48,240 nucleotides of DNA, from contig JBKEAD010000050.1 in the NCBI GenBank assembly GCA_047971915.1, positions 1 through 48,240 on the forward strand, in the 5' to 3' direction. Shown one piece after another: positions 17,830 through 26,010 of this stretch; position 1 is the first letter of the stretch; the number at the start of each line of letters is the position of its first letter. This stretch comes from Chthoniobacterales bacterium (GTDB lineage Bacteria > Verrucomicrobiota > Verrucomicrobiia > Chthoniobacterales > JBKEAD01). The position numbers and the translations under genes were made by a program. The notes below the pieces were generated by a model. That model did no database searches. It worked only from the letters and a program-made list of their open reading frames with translations, and was not told the DNA's origin.

Positions 17830-20010
17830 ATGGAAAATCCGTCTGCTGAGTTAAAACTCCACTTTTTAGATTACTTAAGGATACTGCGAATTCGCTTGCC
17901 CTTCATCGTTCTTATCTTTTTCACAGTCGTCATTTTAGCGGGAGTGGCCACTTATATAAGCCCAAAGAAATATGAGTCGGCGGCAACGATGGAAATTCGG
18001 CGTTCAGATTATTTTATGCGCATTTTTGGTGGCAAGACGAATGATCGTGCCGATCCTAGATTTTTGATGACACAGTCTGAGATCATTCAACGCAAAGAAA
18101 TGCTCGCCCCGGTAGTTCAGAAGTTGGATCTGGTTAAGCGTTGGTCAGCGGATGGTATTACAAATCCGGATCAGGCTTATGCCCGTTTGAAGGGGATGAT
18201 TTCGTTGAGCGATGTTAGAAATACAGATCTTGTCGAGGTAAAGGCCGAGGGACTTGACCCCAAAGAAGCTGCGGAAATCGCAAATGCCGTCACCGCTCGC
18301 TATATTGAAAACCGTAAACAAGTTGTTGAGGAGTGGGTTACGAAGTCGCTTTCTTCAATCGAGGAAGAGGTGCGCGAGCGTCGAGCCGAGGCCAAGGCTC
18401 TTCAAGCTAAAGCAGAAGCCGTTCGAGCAAAGTATGGGATTATTGACCTTTTGGGTGACGATGTCGAGGCTTCCGTTCAACCGGGTAAGCAGACTTATAT
18501 CGAAACGGAGCAAAAGGTCGCCGCAGAAAAAATAAGGATTAGCGGTATGGCGGATCGCTTAAAAGAACTTGATAAGTTGAGTGCGGAGCAAATCATGCTG
18601 GGCAGTAATACCCTCCAAATTCAGGATCCGACGATTAACCGCATTTTGCCTCTGTATCAGCAGGCCCATGCGACGGAGACGCGACTACTGCACTCAGGAC
18701 TTGGTCCAAACCATCCACAAGTGCGCTCATCGACTGCTGAACGCGAACTCTACTACAACCAGCTTATCGATCAAATCCAGTCGCTTCGCAAGAGTCTCGA
18801 AGCTAACCTTACGTTAGCACGCAGCTCACTTGCTTCTATGGAGGGACAACTGGAGGGGCTGCGCACTGATCAACAACTGGATCGTGAGCAAGAGGCTGAA
18901 TACATAGATATTAAAAACGAGTATATCCGTGCAAAGCAATTGCGCGATGCTGCGGAGACACGTATTGCCACAGAAAGGATGCAGTATGGTATGCCGATGG
19001 ACCCTGCTAGAATTTGGGAATATGCTGAACCAAGGTTCCGCCCCGTGAGTCCAAATATTTTGTTCAACATGATTTTTGGCGTGTTGGGTGGAATTGTTTT
19101 GGGAATTGGATTCGCCTTTTTCATGGAGTATATGGACACCAGTGTCAAAACGCTTGAAGAAATTGAAGCCTATCTTCAAGTTCCTGTTTTGGCAATCGTT
19201 CCTAAAGACATCCATTTGCTCTTAAATGCTGGTGACGATTGTGTCGATGCTGAGGCTTACCGAATTTTGCGGACAAATATTGAATTTAACCGTCGCTCCG
19301 CTGAGGCTAATAGCATTACGGTGGTCAGCGGTGGTGCTGGTGAGGGTAAATCAACAACAATCTGTAATTTGGCCTACATTTTTGCACGCGGTGGCTATAA
19401 TACACTTGTTGTCGATGCTGACTTGCGCCGACCTTCTCAACATCGTCTTTTTAAAGTAGAGAATGACCGTGGAATTACAGATTATTTGAGCGGTCAAATG
19501 TCTGTGGAAGAGGTGGTCCGAACAACTGATGTAGAAAATCTGTATTTTATCTCAAGCGGTCCCCAGGCTCGTGATGCCGTTGGTTTGTTAAACTCAAAAC
19601 AAACAAGATCCTTGCTGTCAGAACTCAAGACGCGCTTTGATATTGTGCTTATTGATTCTCCGCCGATTCTTGGTGTGAGTGATGGTGCTATTCTCGCGAG
19701 CTTTGTGGACCTTACCATGCTTATTGTGCAGCATCGTCGTTTCCCACGCAGCATGCTGAAGCGTGTGAAACAGGCCGTCCTAAATGCTGGTGGAAAAATT
19801 GTTGGTGTTGTCTTGAACAATGTCGATGTTCGCCATGATAGACAGTATGAATACTATACGGGTTACTACAGTTACTATGCAGAAAATTCGGATGGCTCCG
19901 GAAAAACAAAAAAACGGAAAAAGCATAAACCCTATGCAGGATCTCCTGTTGGCGAAGAAGACAAAGGATCAAGGGAATCTAAACCCGTTTACCAAGATGA
20001 AGAATATTAA
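17830..20010 (+). CDS. wzc: polysaccharide co-polymerase / BY-kinase
   Basis: Two TM helices flanking a coiled-coil region, EAYRILRTNI, Walker A GAGEGKST, VDADLRRP, LIDSPP and a Tyr-rich tail YEYYTGYYSYY. Confidence 0.92.
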   Translation: MENPSAELKLHFLDYLRILRIRLPFIVLIFFTVVILAGVATYISPKKYESAATMEIRRSDYFMRIFGGKTNDRADPRFLMTQSEIIQRKEMLAPVVQKLDLVKRWSADGITNPDQAYARLKGMISLSDVRNTDLVEVKAEGLDPKEAAEIANAVTARYIENRKQVVEEWVTKSLSSIEEEVRERRAEAKALQAKAEAVRAKYGIIDLLGDDVEASVQPGKQTYIETEQKVAAEKIRISGMADRLKELDKLSAEQIMLGSNTLQIQDPTINRILPLYQQAHATETRLLHSGLGPNHPQVRSSTAERELYYNQLIDQIQSLRKSLEANLTLARSSLASMEGQLEGLRTDQQLDREQEAEYIDIKNEYIRAKQLRDAAETRIATERMQYGMPMDPARIWEYAEPRFRPVSPNILFNMIFGVLGGIVLGIGFAFFMEYMDTSVKTLEEIEAYLQVPVLAIVPKDIHLLLNAGDDCVDAEAYRILRTNIEFNRRSAEANSITVVSGGAGEGKSTTICNLAYIFARGGYNTLVVDADLRRPSQHRLFKVENDRGITDYLSGQMSVEEVVRTTDVENLYFISSGPQARDAVGLLNSKQTRSLLSELKTRFDIVLIDSPPILGVSDGAILASFVDLTMLIVQHRRFPRSMLKRVKQAVLNAGGKIVGVVLNNVDVRHDRQYEYYTGYYSYYAENSDGSGKTKKRKKHKPYAGSPVGEEDKGSRESKPVYQDEEY

Positions 20011-20698
20011 TTACTCGTTCCTTTGGGCTTTTGTCGTCCTGTTTGTTGCGGCATCGCTTACCTTAGATGCAAAGGCTCAGATTCATAATAATAATGCCGG
20101 TGCTTCCGGTAGTGTGCCTCGTGCTCAGGCGGTGAGCCCTCCGTCAGCTGTTCCTGTCGGTCAAGCCGCTGCACCCCCAGCGGGTTTTGCCGATAATAAT
20201 GGCTCTGCGGTTCCTTTACGTGCGGGTGATGTTATTTACGTGCGTATTGCAGGGGTTCCTATGGCAGAAACTCAATTTTTTACAGGAACTTATACAGTCG
20301 ATCCGGAGGGGTATGTAAATATGCCTTATATTGGTAATGTAAAAGCTGCCGGTCTGCTGCAAAATGAGCTTCAAGATCTCATGCAGAAAACGTATAAGGA
20401 GCGCGGAATTTATACAAACCCGTCCATTATGATAAACTTCCCTGGGGTTTCGCGCTTTGTAAACGTGGAGGGGGATGTCCGCCGACCAAATCGTATAGGC
20501 TTCACTCCCGATATGACTTTGATGAGTGCTCTGATTGCTGCGGGTGGATTGACGGATTTTGCGGACCAGAAAAAGATCCAATTAATCCGCGATGGCAAAA
20601 GTCAATTTTACGATATTCGAAAAATTCGTCGCAACCCTACTTTAGATGTCCCCGTGAAACCTGGCGATATGATTTTCGTCCCTCGGAGTTTCTTTTAA
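19997..20698 (+). CDS. polysaccharide export protein (short Wza/OPX: Poly_export + SLBB)
   Basis: LRAGDVIYV...YTVDPEGYVNMPYIGNVKAAGL, VEGDVRRP, ALIAAGG and VKPGDMIFVP. Start MKNINYS overlaps the wzc end. Confidence 0.87.
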   Translation: MKNINYSFLWAFVVLFVAASLTLDAKAQIHNNNAGASGSVPRAQAVSPPSAVPVGQAAAPPAGFADNNGSAVPLRAGDVIYVRIAGVPMAETQFFTGTYTVDPEGYVNMPYIGNVKAAGLLQNELQDLMQKTYKERGIYTNPSIMINFPGVSRFVNVEGDVRRPNRIGFTPDMTLMSALIAAGGLTDFADQKKIQLIRDGKSQFYDIRKIRRNPTLDVPVKPGDMIFVPRSFF

Positions 20699-20743
20699 TA
20701 TCGACGGCTCGGTCGCTTGGTCGGATTGACGAAATCCCTGCGG
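20699..20743 (-). repeat. degenerate copy of the intergenic element at 21455-21499
   Basis: Reverse complement CCGCAGGGATTTCGTCAATCCGACCAAGCGACCGAGCCGTCGATA matches 21455-21499 at 32/45 positions without gaps. Confidence 0.55.
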
Positions 20744-20774
20744 CTCGTTTCTCTCCGACATTTTTTCTTTTGGA

Positions 20775-21347
20775 TTAATCCTTAATTTTTACCGGGGTGC
20801 CGACATCGGCGTATTTAAAAAATAACTTAGCGGTTTCCTCCGGTAAACGCACACCGCCATCCGCCGCACGATATCCCGGAACCTCTCCCGCATATAATCC
20901 CTGCCCGGCTTCATTAAAGACCAAATAATTCGTCATTGGTAATTCCCGAAAAGTCGCCCCACTCGGCAGGGAATCCAATTCCAAATTCACCCCCGAAGCA
21001 ATCACATGCCCCTCGGAATTCACAAATTCACCATACTGGGACGTTTTCATCTCATTATGCTTTTGTAAGATTTTAAAATCGCCCTTCGGCGTTGGTGCAT
21101 CTGTCCGCCCTGAAGAAATTGGTGAATCTACGGCCACCTCATCTTTCACGAGTAAAAGCGCACGTTGTTTCTCAAGCAGAATCACAAGGCTCACATTTTC
21201 GTTAGTGGCACGCTCCAAAACACGTGGTATAACTTTCACCTTCTCCTGTTCAACCACAGGAAAAGGAGCCACGGTGTCTTCTCCCACGGCAATAGAAATA
21301 TTCACCGCATTCACTAGAAAAAGTAAAAATAGAAAAAAAATCTTCAC
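20775..21347 (-). CDS. L,D-transpeptidase (YkuD) family protein with degenerate catalytic motif
   Basis: Signal peptide, SPISSGR...TPKGDFKILQK, PMTNYL, and GLYAGEVPGYRAADGGVRLP in place of the usual HAG...ASHGCIRL. Confidence 0.82.
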   Translation of the reverse strand: MKIFFLFLLFLVNAVNISIAVGEDTVAPFPVVEQEKVKVIPRVLERATNENVSLVILLEKQRALLLVKDEVAVDSPISSGRTDAPTPKGDFKILQKHNEMKTSQYGEFVNSEGHVIASGVNLELDSLPSGATFRELPMTNYLVFNEAGQGLYAGEVPGYRAADGGVRLPEETAKLFFKYADVGTPVKIKD

Positions 21348-21403
21348 AACAAATCTTCTCCTTTTCTTTAAATTTTCCGACGAAAAACTTAAAGGAATAA
21401 ATG

Positions 21404-21588
21404 AATCGTCCTAACGCCACAATACCAAGATGAAAAATGTTTGAGGTAAATAAACCGCAGGTATCTCGCTGATCTGGCAAGACGACCGAGCTGGCGGTAG
21501 CCAAGCTACCGACTGCGAGGGCAGTGCTGCCAGTCGGTGAGAGAACAAGGTTTATCTCAAATATTTTTCATTTTGGTATAAGACGGCT
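21404..21588 (+). ncRNA. putative structured non-coding RNA (6S-like long hairpin or repeat-derived RNA)
   Basis: 29-bp stem 21422-21450/21551-21579 with 3 G.U pairs and no mismatches, an internal bubble, a second stem 21464-21479/21528-21542 and two terminal hairpins. Confidence 0.55.
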
Positions 21589-21607
21589 ATTTTTTATTAT
21601 ACGCATC

Positions 21608-23464
21608 ATGCGCCTTGTTATTTTTTATCTCTTTTTATCGTTTGCCAGTAGCTTTGCGGCCAAGGAAGAATTTATATCTCCGGGCCCCTCTCCGCCCATT
21701 GCCAAGAATATAGAGATCACGGTTTATGTTGGAGAGACGGTTGATATTCCGCTCCAAGCACTGGGCCGCGCTGCCGACCAAAGCAAATTCCTTCTCCGCA
21801 GCTATCCCAAATTTGGAAATTTGGGCGAAATCATTCCTGCTAAACCCGGGCATGCCACCATCAATTACGAGCACCGAAAAGGGGGAGCAGTAGGAATCAC
21901 CGACTCCTTTACCTACGCCGTGCAAAGTCACGATTCCCCCGTTTCGGCACCGGGAAAAGTGCTGATTCGTATCATCGAGAGACCACCTGTTTTTGAAATT
22001 CCGAAAGTCGTTGATTTTGGCGAGGTGATAAGTGGTCGTTCAAAAAAGAAAATTTTCACCATCTCAAACCAAGGCGGCGGAGTGATCTCGGGTCAAATTA
22101 AAGTTTTTCCTCCGTGGTATCTTACGGCTCCCCCTTACTACCATCTCGGTGCCGGCCAAAAGCAACAAATCGAAGTCGAAATACGCCCCGAAGAAACAGG
22201 CGATTTTTCCGAGCATATTTTCTTTTCGCATGATGAAAAAATTCTTCTTCCTGTAACGGCGAAAGCAGTCGCCCCTTTTCATCTCGAAACAGGCAAAATT
22301 TTTCTCTCGCATCCTTTAAGCCAAAATTCCGAAAAAGAAAATTCGTCCGAAACAAAAAGTCAGACAACGCTAAAAGTAACGAATAACTTAGCCGAAACGC
22401 TCCGTCTCAAGCTCAATGTTCCTACTTTTATCCTAGCCGAAAACAAATTTGACATCCCCGCAAAAAAAACAATTTTCATCCCCCTGCACGCCCAATTTTC
22501 GGCACTGAAAGGCGGAGACGGACTCATTACTTTAGAGGCGGATGATTACTCCCGAACGATTCCGGTCACACTTTACCATGCTCCGGAAGCCTATACGGTC
22601 GTGCCCAGCCAAGGCGTTGATTTTGGCACTTTGCTTGCAGGCGAAAGCCGCTCGGCCACCATCAGGCTCTCCAACATCGGGGGGAGCGTTATTTCCTTTG
22701 ATTTAAAATTTCCGGATGAAATTCAAGTCGTCGGCGGCAATCGGCTCACTCTAGATGTTGGCGAAAGTGGTGAAAAAAACATCAGTTTTATTTCTCAAAA
22801 AACGGGAACTTTTCTCGATAAGCTGGAGATAGTCACCGAGAAATCGAGTAAATCAATCCCGATCACCGCGGAAATTTTATCAAAAGCAGGTGAACGCGAC
22901 CCACTCCCGCTCACAAAAATTACCACAGACGGCATTCAACAGCCTCTCCCCACGGATGAGGTTAAAAATAATCTCACTCTTGCAAGACCAACTGGCCCTC
23001 AAATTCCTATTGCCGCTTCTTTTGATAAACTCCAAATTCTGAGCCGATCCGAAACGGCAATCCGAATTGCGTGGAAAGACTCCGGTGAATCTGATGTTAG
23101 CTATCAAGTTCTTGCGCGAGAAATCGGACTAAACGAAAATGGGAGGGTTACGCAGACATGGAAAATTTTGCCAAATGTTTTTATAAATCGGCAGGACGAT
23201 TACTGGATGGCGGACATCACTGGCCTCCACGTCGGCCAAGCTCTAAATATCCGCATCAATACACTTGGTGAAGATGGAAAGCCAATCTCTCTTTCGCCGC
23301 CGTTTAACATTAGCAGCCTTTCTCCACCGCCACGAACCCCTTTTCCAACAAACTGGTTTCTTGCCATCGTCCTCGTCGTGGTCGCTATCGTCTGGATCAA
23401 ATACCACAGAAAAAAACGGCACGAAATGGACCGTATCGAATTTGATAAAATCACTAAACAGTAG
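21608..23464 (+). CDS. secreted multi-Ig-like (ASH/choice-of-anchor D-like plus FN3-like) protein with C-terminal membrane anchor
   Basis: Signal peptide, DSFTYAV, two VDFG...(TISNQGG/RLSNIGG) repeats, an FN3-like segment (IRIAW...YQV...ITGL), a Pro-rich linker, then a TM helix and a basic tail. Confidence 0.7.
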   Translation: MRLVIFYLFLSFASSFAAKEEFISPGPSPPIAKNIEITVYVGETVDIPLQALGRAADQSKFLLRSYPKFGNLGEIIPAKPGHATINYEHRKGGAVGITDSFTYAVQSHDSPVSAPGKVLIRIIERPPVFEIPKVVDFGEVISGRSKKKIFTISNQGGGVISGQIKVFPPWYLTAPPYYHLGAGQKQQIEVEIRPEETGDFSEHIFFSHDEKILLPVTAKAVAPFHLETGKIFLSHPLSQNSEKENSSETKSQTTLKVTNNLAETLRLKLNVPTFILAENKFDIPAKKTIFIPLHAQFSALKGGDGLITLEADDYSRTIPVTLYHAPEAYTVVPSQGVDFGTLLAGESRSATIRLSNIGGSVISFDLKFPDEIQVVGGNRLTLDVGESGEKNISFISQKTGTFLDKLEIVTEKSSKSIPITAEILSKAGERDPLPLTKITTDGIQQPLPTDEVKNNLTLARPTGPQIPIAASFDKLQILSRSETAIRIAWKDSGESDVSYQVLAREIGLNENGRVTQTWKILPNVFINRQDDYWMADITGLHVGQALNIRINTLGEDGKPISLSPPFNISSLSPPPRTPFPTNWFLAIVLVVVAIVWIKYHRKKRHEMDRIEFDKITKQ

Positions 23465-23490
23465 TCTTTTTGACCTGTAAAATTTTGCTG

Positions 23491-24153
23491 TCAGCAAGGA
23501 GCGATGAGAAGAGTGATTTCGCCTTTGGGTGGTTTTGTTTGGTAGTGATTAAAAAGGTTTTCGGTAGTATCTCGACGAAATTCCTCGAAGGTTTTTGTGA
23601 GTTCGCGTGCGACGCAGGCGGTGCGGGTGGGAGCGAGGTCTTTGAGAACAGAGAGACTTTTTAGTAAACGATGCGGGGATTCGTAGTAGATGCTCGTGGC
23701 CTCGCGTTCGAGGGCACGGGTGAGCTCGTTTTGACGACGTCCGCTTTTGATCGGCAAAAATCCGCCGAAGTAAAAGGGCTGTGGTGGAAGACCGGAACCG
23801 GCTAGGGCTGCGGTGATAGCACAGGGACCGGGAATGACCGTGCAGGGAATACCTAGATCGTGGCAGGCAGTGACGATGCGGTAGCCGGGATCGGAGAGGA
23901 GGGGGGTGCCGGCATCGCTAATGAGAGCGAGGTTTAGGCCGTTTTGGAGCTTTTCGCTAAGCTCGGCAGTTCGGGAGATTTCATTGTGTTCGTGGTAGCT
24001 GATGAGGGGGCGTTTGATGCCGAGTCGGCTGAGGAGGATGCCGGAGTGGCGTGTGTCTTCGCAGGCGATAAGGTCTGCTGTGGAGAGAATTTCGCGTGCT
24101 CGCTCGGAGATGTCTCCGAGGTTGCCGATGGGAGTGGCGACGATGTAGAGCAT
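23491..24153 (-). CDS. rsmI: 16S rRNA C1402 2'-O-methyltransferase
   Basis: MLYIVATPIGNLGDIS, ACEDTR, ISDAGTPLLSDPG, YESPHR and ARELTK. Confidence 0.95.
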   Translation of the reverse strand: MLYIVATPIGNLGDISERAREILSTADLIACEDTRHSGILLSRLGIKRPLISYHEHNEISRTAELSEKLQNGLNLALISDAGTPLLSDPGYRIVTACHDLGIPCTVIPGPCAITAALAGSGLPPQPFYFGGFLPIKSGRRQNELTRALEREATSIYYESPHRLLKSLSVLKDLAPTRTACVARELTKTFEEFRRDTTENLFNHYQTKPPKGEITLLIAPC

Positions 24154-24212
24154 GACGGAGGGAGTGGTGCCAGTCTCCTATAAAAAATCGAGAGTTTGTT
24201 TCTCCCTGAGTT

Positions 24213-24728
24213 TTACCAGCCCTCGGAGATGCGGGAAGCGATGCGTTTGCCGAGGTCGGTGGCAGCGGTAGATACGGCTTGGCGCTCGTCGGTTTGGATG
24301 TCGCCTGTTGGGAAGAAGGTGGTGCGTCCGCGCTCGGCTCCGCTGAGGAGAATGGCTCCGGTAACGCGGTCCATGACTTCATAATCCACGTCGATGATGA
24401 GTTCGTATTCGCTCGTGGCGAGAACGTTGCTGATGACCGAGCGGATGGAGCGTCGATCAGATTTTTTCACCGTGCAGTAGAGGATGGCGTCGGCATTTTC
24501 ATCGCTTACGATTTGGTAGGTGCCGTCCATTTGGATTTGATTGATGGTTGCATTTGCCAAGAGGACACCAATGCGGGGTTCGTAAGAGGAGTTTTTGAAA
24601 GTCGGCACGGCGAGTGTTTTAACACTGCGCATGGGGGTGGGGCGGCTGGCTCCGAGGTGGTAGCCACAGGCTGTGAGCGTAAGTGTCAACAAAGCCAGGA
24701 TGGTGAGTGTGCGTAGGTAAGAGATCAT
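24213..24728 (-). CDS. lptE: LPS assembly lipoprotein, LptE-like
   Basis: Lipobox LTAC-GYHL, LAVPTFKN, C-terminal ..RISEGW. Coupled to the bamD-like gene. Confidence 0.75.
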   Translation of the reverse strand: MISYLRTLTILALLTLTLTACGYHLGASRPTPMRSVKTLAVPTFKNSSYEPRIGVLLANATINQIQMDGTYQIVSDENADAILYCTVKKSDRRSIRSVISNVLATSEYELIIDVDYEVMDRVTGAILLSGAERGRTTFFPTGDIQTDERQAVSTAATDLGKRIASRISEGW

Positions 24729-25924
24729 TCTACGGGAAGTTGAGGTTCGACGGCTGGGAGAGGCGAGACACCTTCGACACCGCTTCGTAAGCGCGGATGA
24801 ACGACGGGGAGTTCTTCTGTGGCGATGTCTTGGCGTGATGGGCCGGCGTAGTTTGAGAGAGCGGAGGTTTCGACTTGGGCTTGGAGGCGACGGCGAACAG
24901 CGACACGCTCGCCCGTATCGGTGCGCTCGGGACCGGCGCGGAGGGCGTCGTCTCCTACTTGACTGCGAAGTTCTTCGATGCGGACTCGGGCTAGATCAGC
25001 ATCTTCGGTGCCGGGCTGTCTGCGGATAATATCGTTGTAGTAAATGACGGCTGCCTTAAATTCTTTTTGGTGGTCGTAGAAGCGAGCGATGCTGAGTAGG
25101 TCGCCGGATTCTCGGGAGTTGATGAGCTTTAAGTTTGCTTTGGCCTGTGCGTTTTTTTCGCTATCCGGGAATTGGTAGAGGAAGTCTTCGAAGGTATTTT
25201 CGGCGAGACGGAGAGCACTGAGATCTTGCGAACCCTGACCGAATCCGGCACGCATATTGACGTAGGCGATTTGGTAGAGGGCATCGTCGGCCACGCTGCT
25301 GTTTGGGTAGCGGTCGAGGACGCTTTGGTAGCTATTTACGGCGTCTTGGACCTTGCCCTGTTTTTCGTAAGCGAGTCCGAGATTAAATTGCGCCATGGGC
25401 GCGTATTTGCTGAAGGGAGCGGACTCGATGATGGAGCTATACATTTTTTGCGCACGGGAGTAACCGCTGCTAACGGTGATGCCGAGCACCTTTGTTTTTT
25501 TGCTATCGAGGTAGGTATTGGCGATGGCGACTTGTTGAGCAATCGCATCGTCGAAGTGCTTGCCGTCGGGATAACGTGAAATGTAGGTGGAGTAATCGTT
25601 GAAGGCGCGGGGAAGCTGACCGGCGGCTTGTGAAATCTGAGCGAGCCGAAATTGGGATTCGGCGGCCTGTGGTTCGTAGGGGTATTTTTTTAGTAAGTTT
25701 CGGTGGGCAGTGACGGCGGAGTTGTAATCGCCAGCTTCTTCGAGAGCGACCGCTTGGTCAAAGGCGGCGGTCGCAGTGGGGTCGTAGGGTGTGCTATCCG
25801 CATTATTCTGCTGGGCAAAAGCAGTGGCGTGCAGGCCGATGCTGATGAGGCTGCTTAGAGTGAGGATGGTGGCACTTCGTAACATGAAGATGGTGAAGCT
25901 AGAAAAAGTCTTCGCGCTCGTCAA
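24725..25924 (-). CDS. outer membrane assembly factor BamD-like TPR protein
   Basis: Signal peptide, repeated (K/R)YP...A..AQF TPR units, FLYQFPDSE and IARFY...AAVIYY. The start may be the ATG at 25885. Confidence 0.75.
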   Translation of the reverse strand: MTSAKTFSSFTIFMLRSATILTLSSLISIGLHATAFAQQNNADSTPYDPTATAAFDQAVALEEAGDYNSAVTAHRNLLKKYPYEPQAAESQFRLAQISQAAGQLPRAFNDYSTYISRYPDGKHFDDAIAQQVAIANTYLDSKKTKVLGITVSSGYSRAQKMYSSIIESAPFSKYAPMAQFNLGLAYEKQGKVQDAVNSYQSVLDRYPNSSVADDALYQIAYVNMRAGFGQGSQDLSALRLAENTFEDFLYQFPDSEKNAQAKANLKLINSRESGDLLSIARFYDHQKEFKAAVIYYNDIIRRQPGTEDADLARVRIEELRSQVGDDALRAGPERTDTGERVAVRRRLQAQVETSALSNYAGPSRQDIATEELPVVHPRLRSGVEGVSPLPAVEPQLPVE

Positions 25925-26010
25925 GCAAGGCAGTAGCGTTATGCAAAAAAATAATGAAATGGCCGTGGAGTGAAAATTTACTTATTGGGGTAAATGTTGG
26001 GGTAAATGGA

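Noticed and set aside
19820-19996. Longer 292-aa version of the export protein
   Set aside because: It overlaps wzc by ~190 nt. The signal peptide begins at the ATG at 19997.
21493-21504. GGCGGTAG ops/JUMPStart-like motif (also AGCGGTAG at ~14248)
   Set aside because: It lacks the nnTG tail and is better explained as part of the dispersed repeat/hairpin. No NusG paralogue is present in the window.
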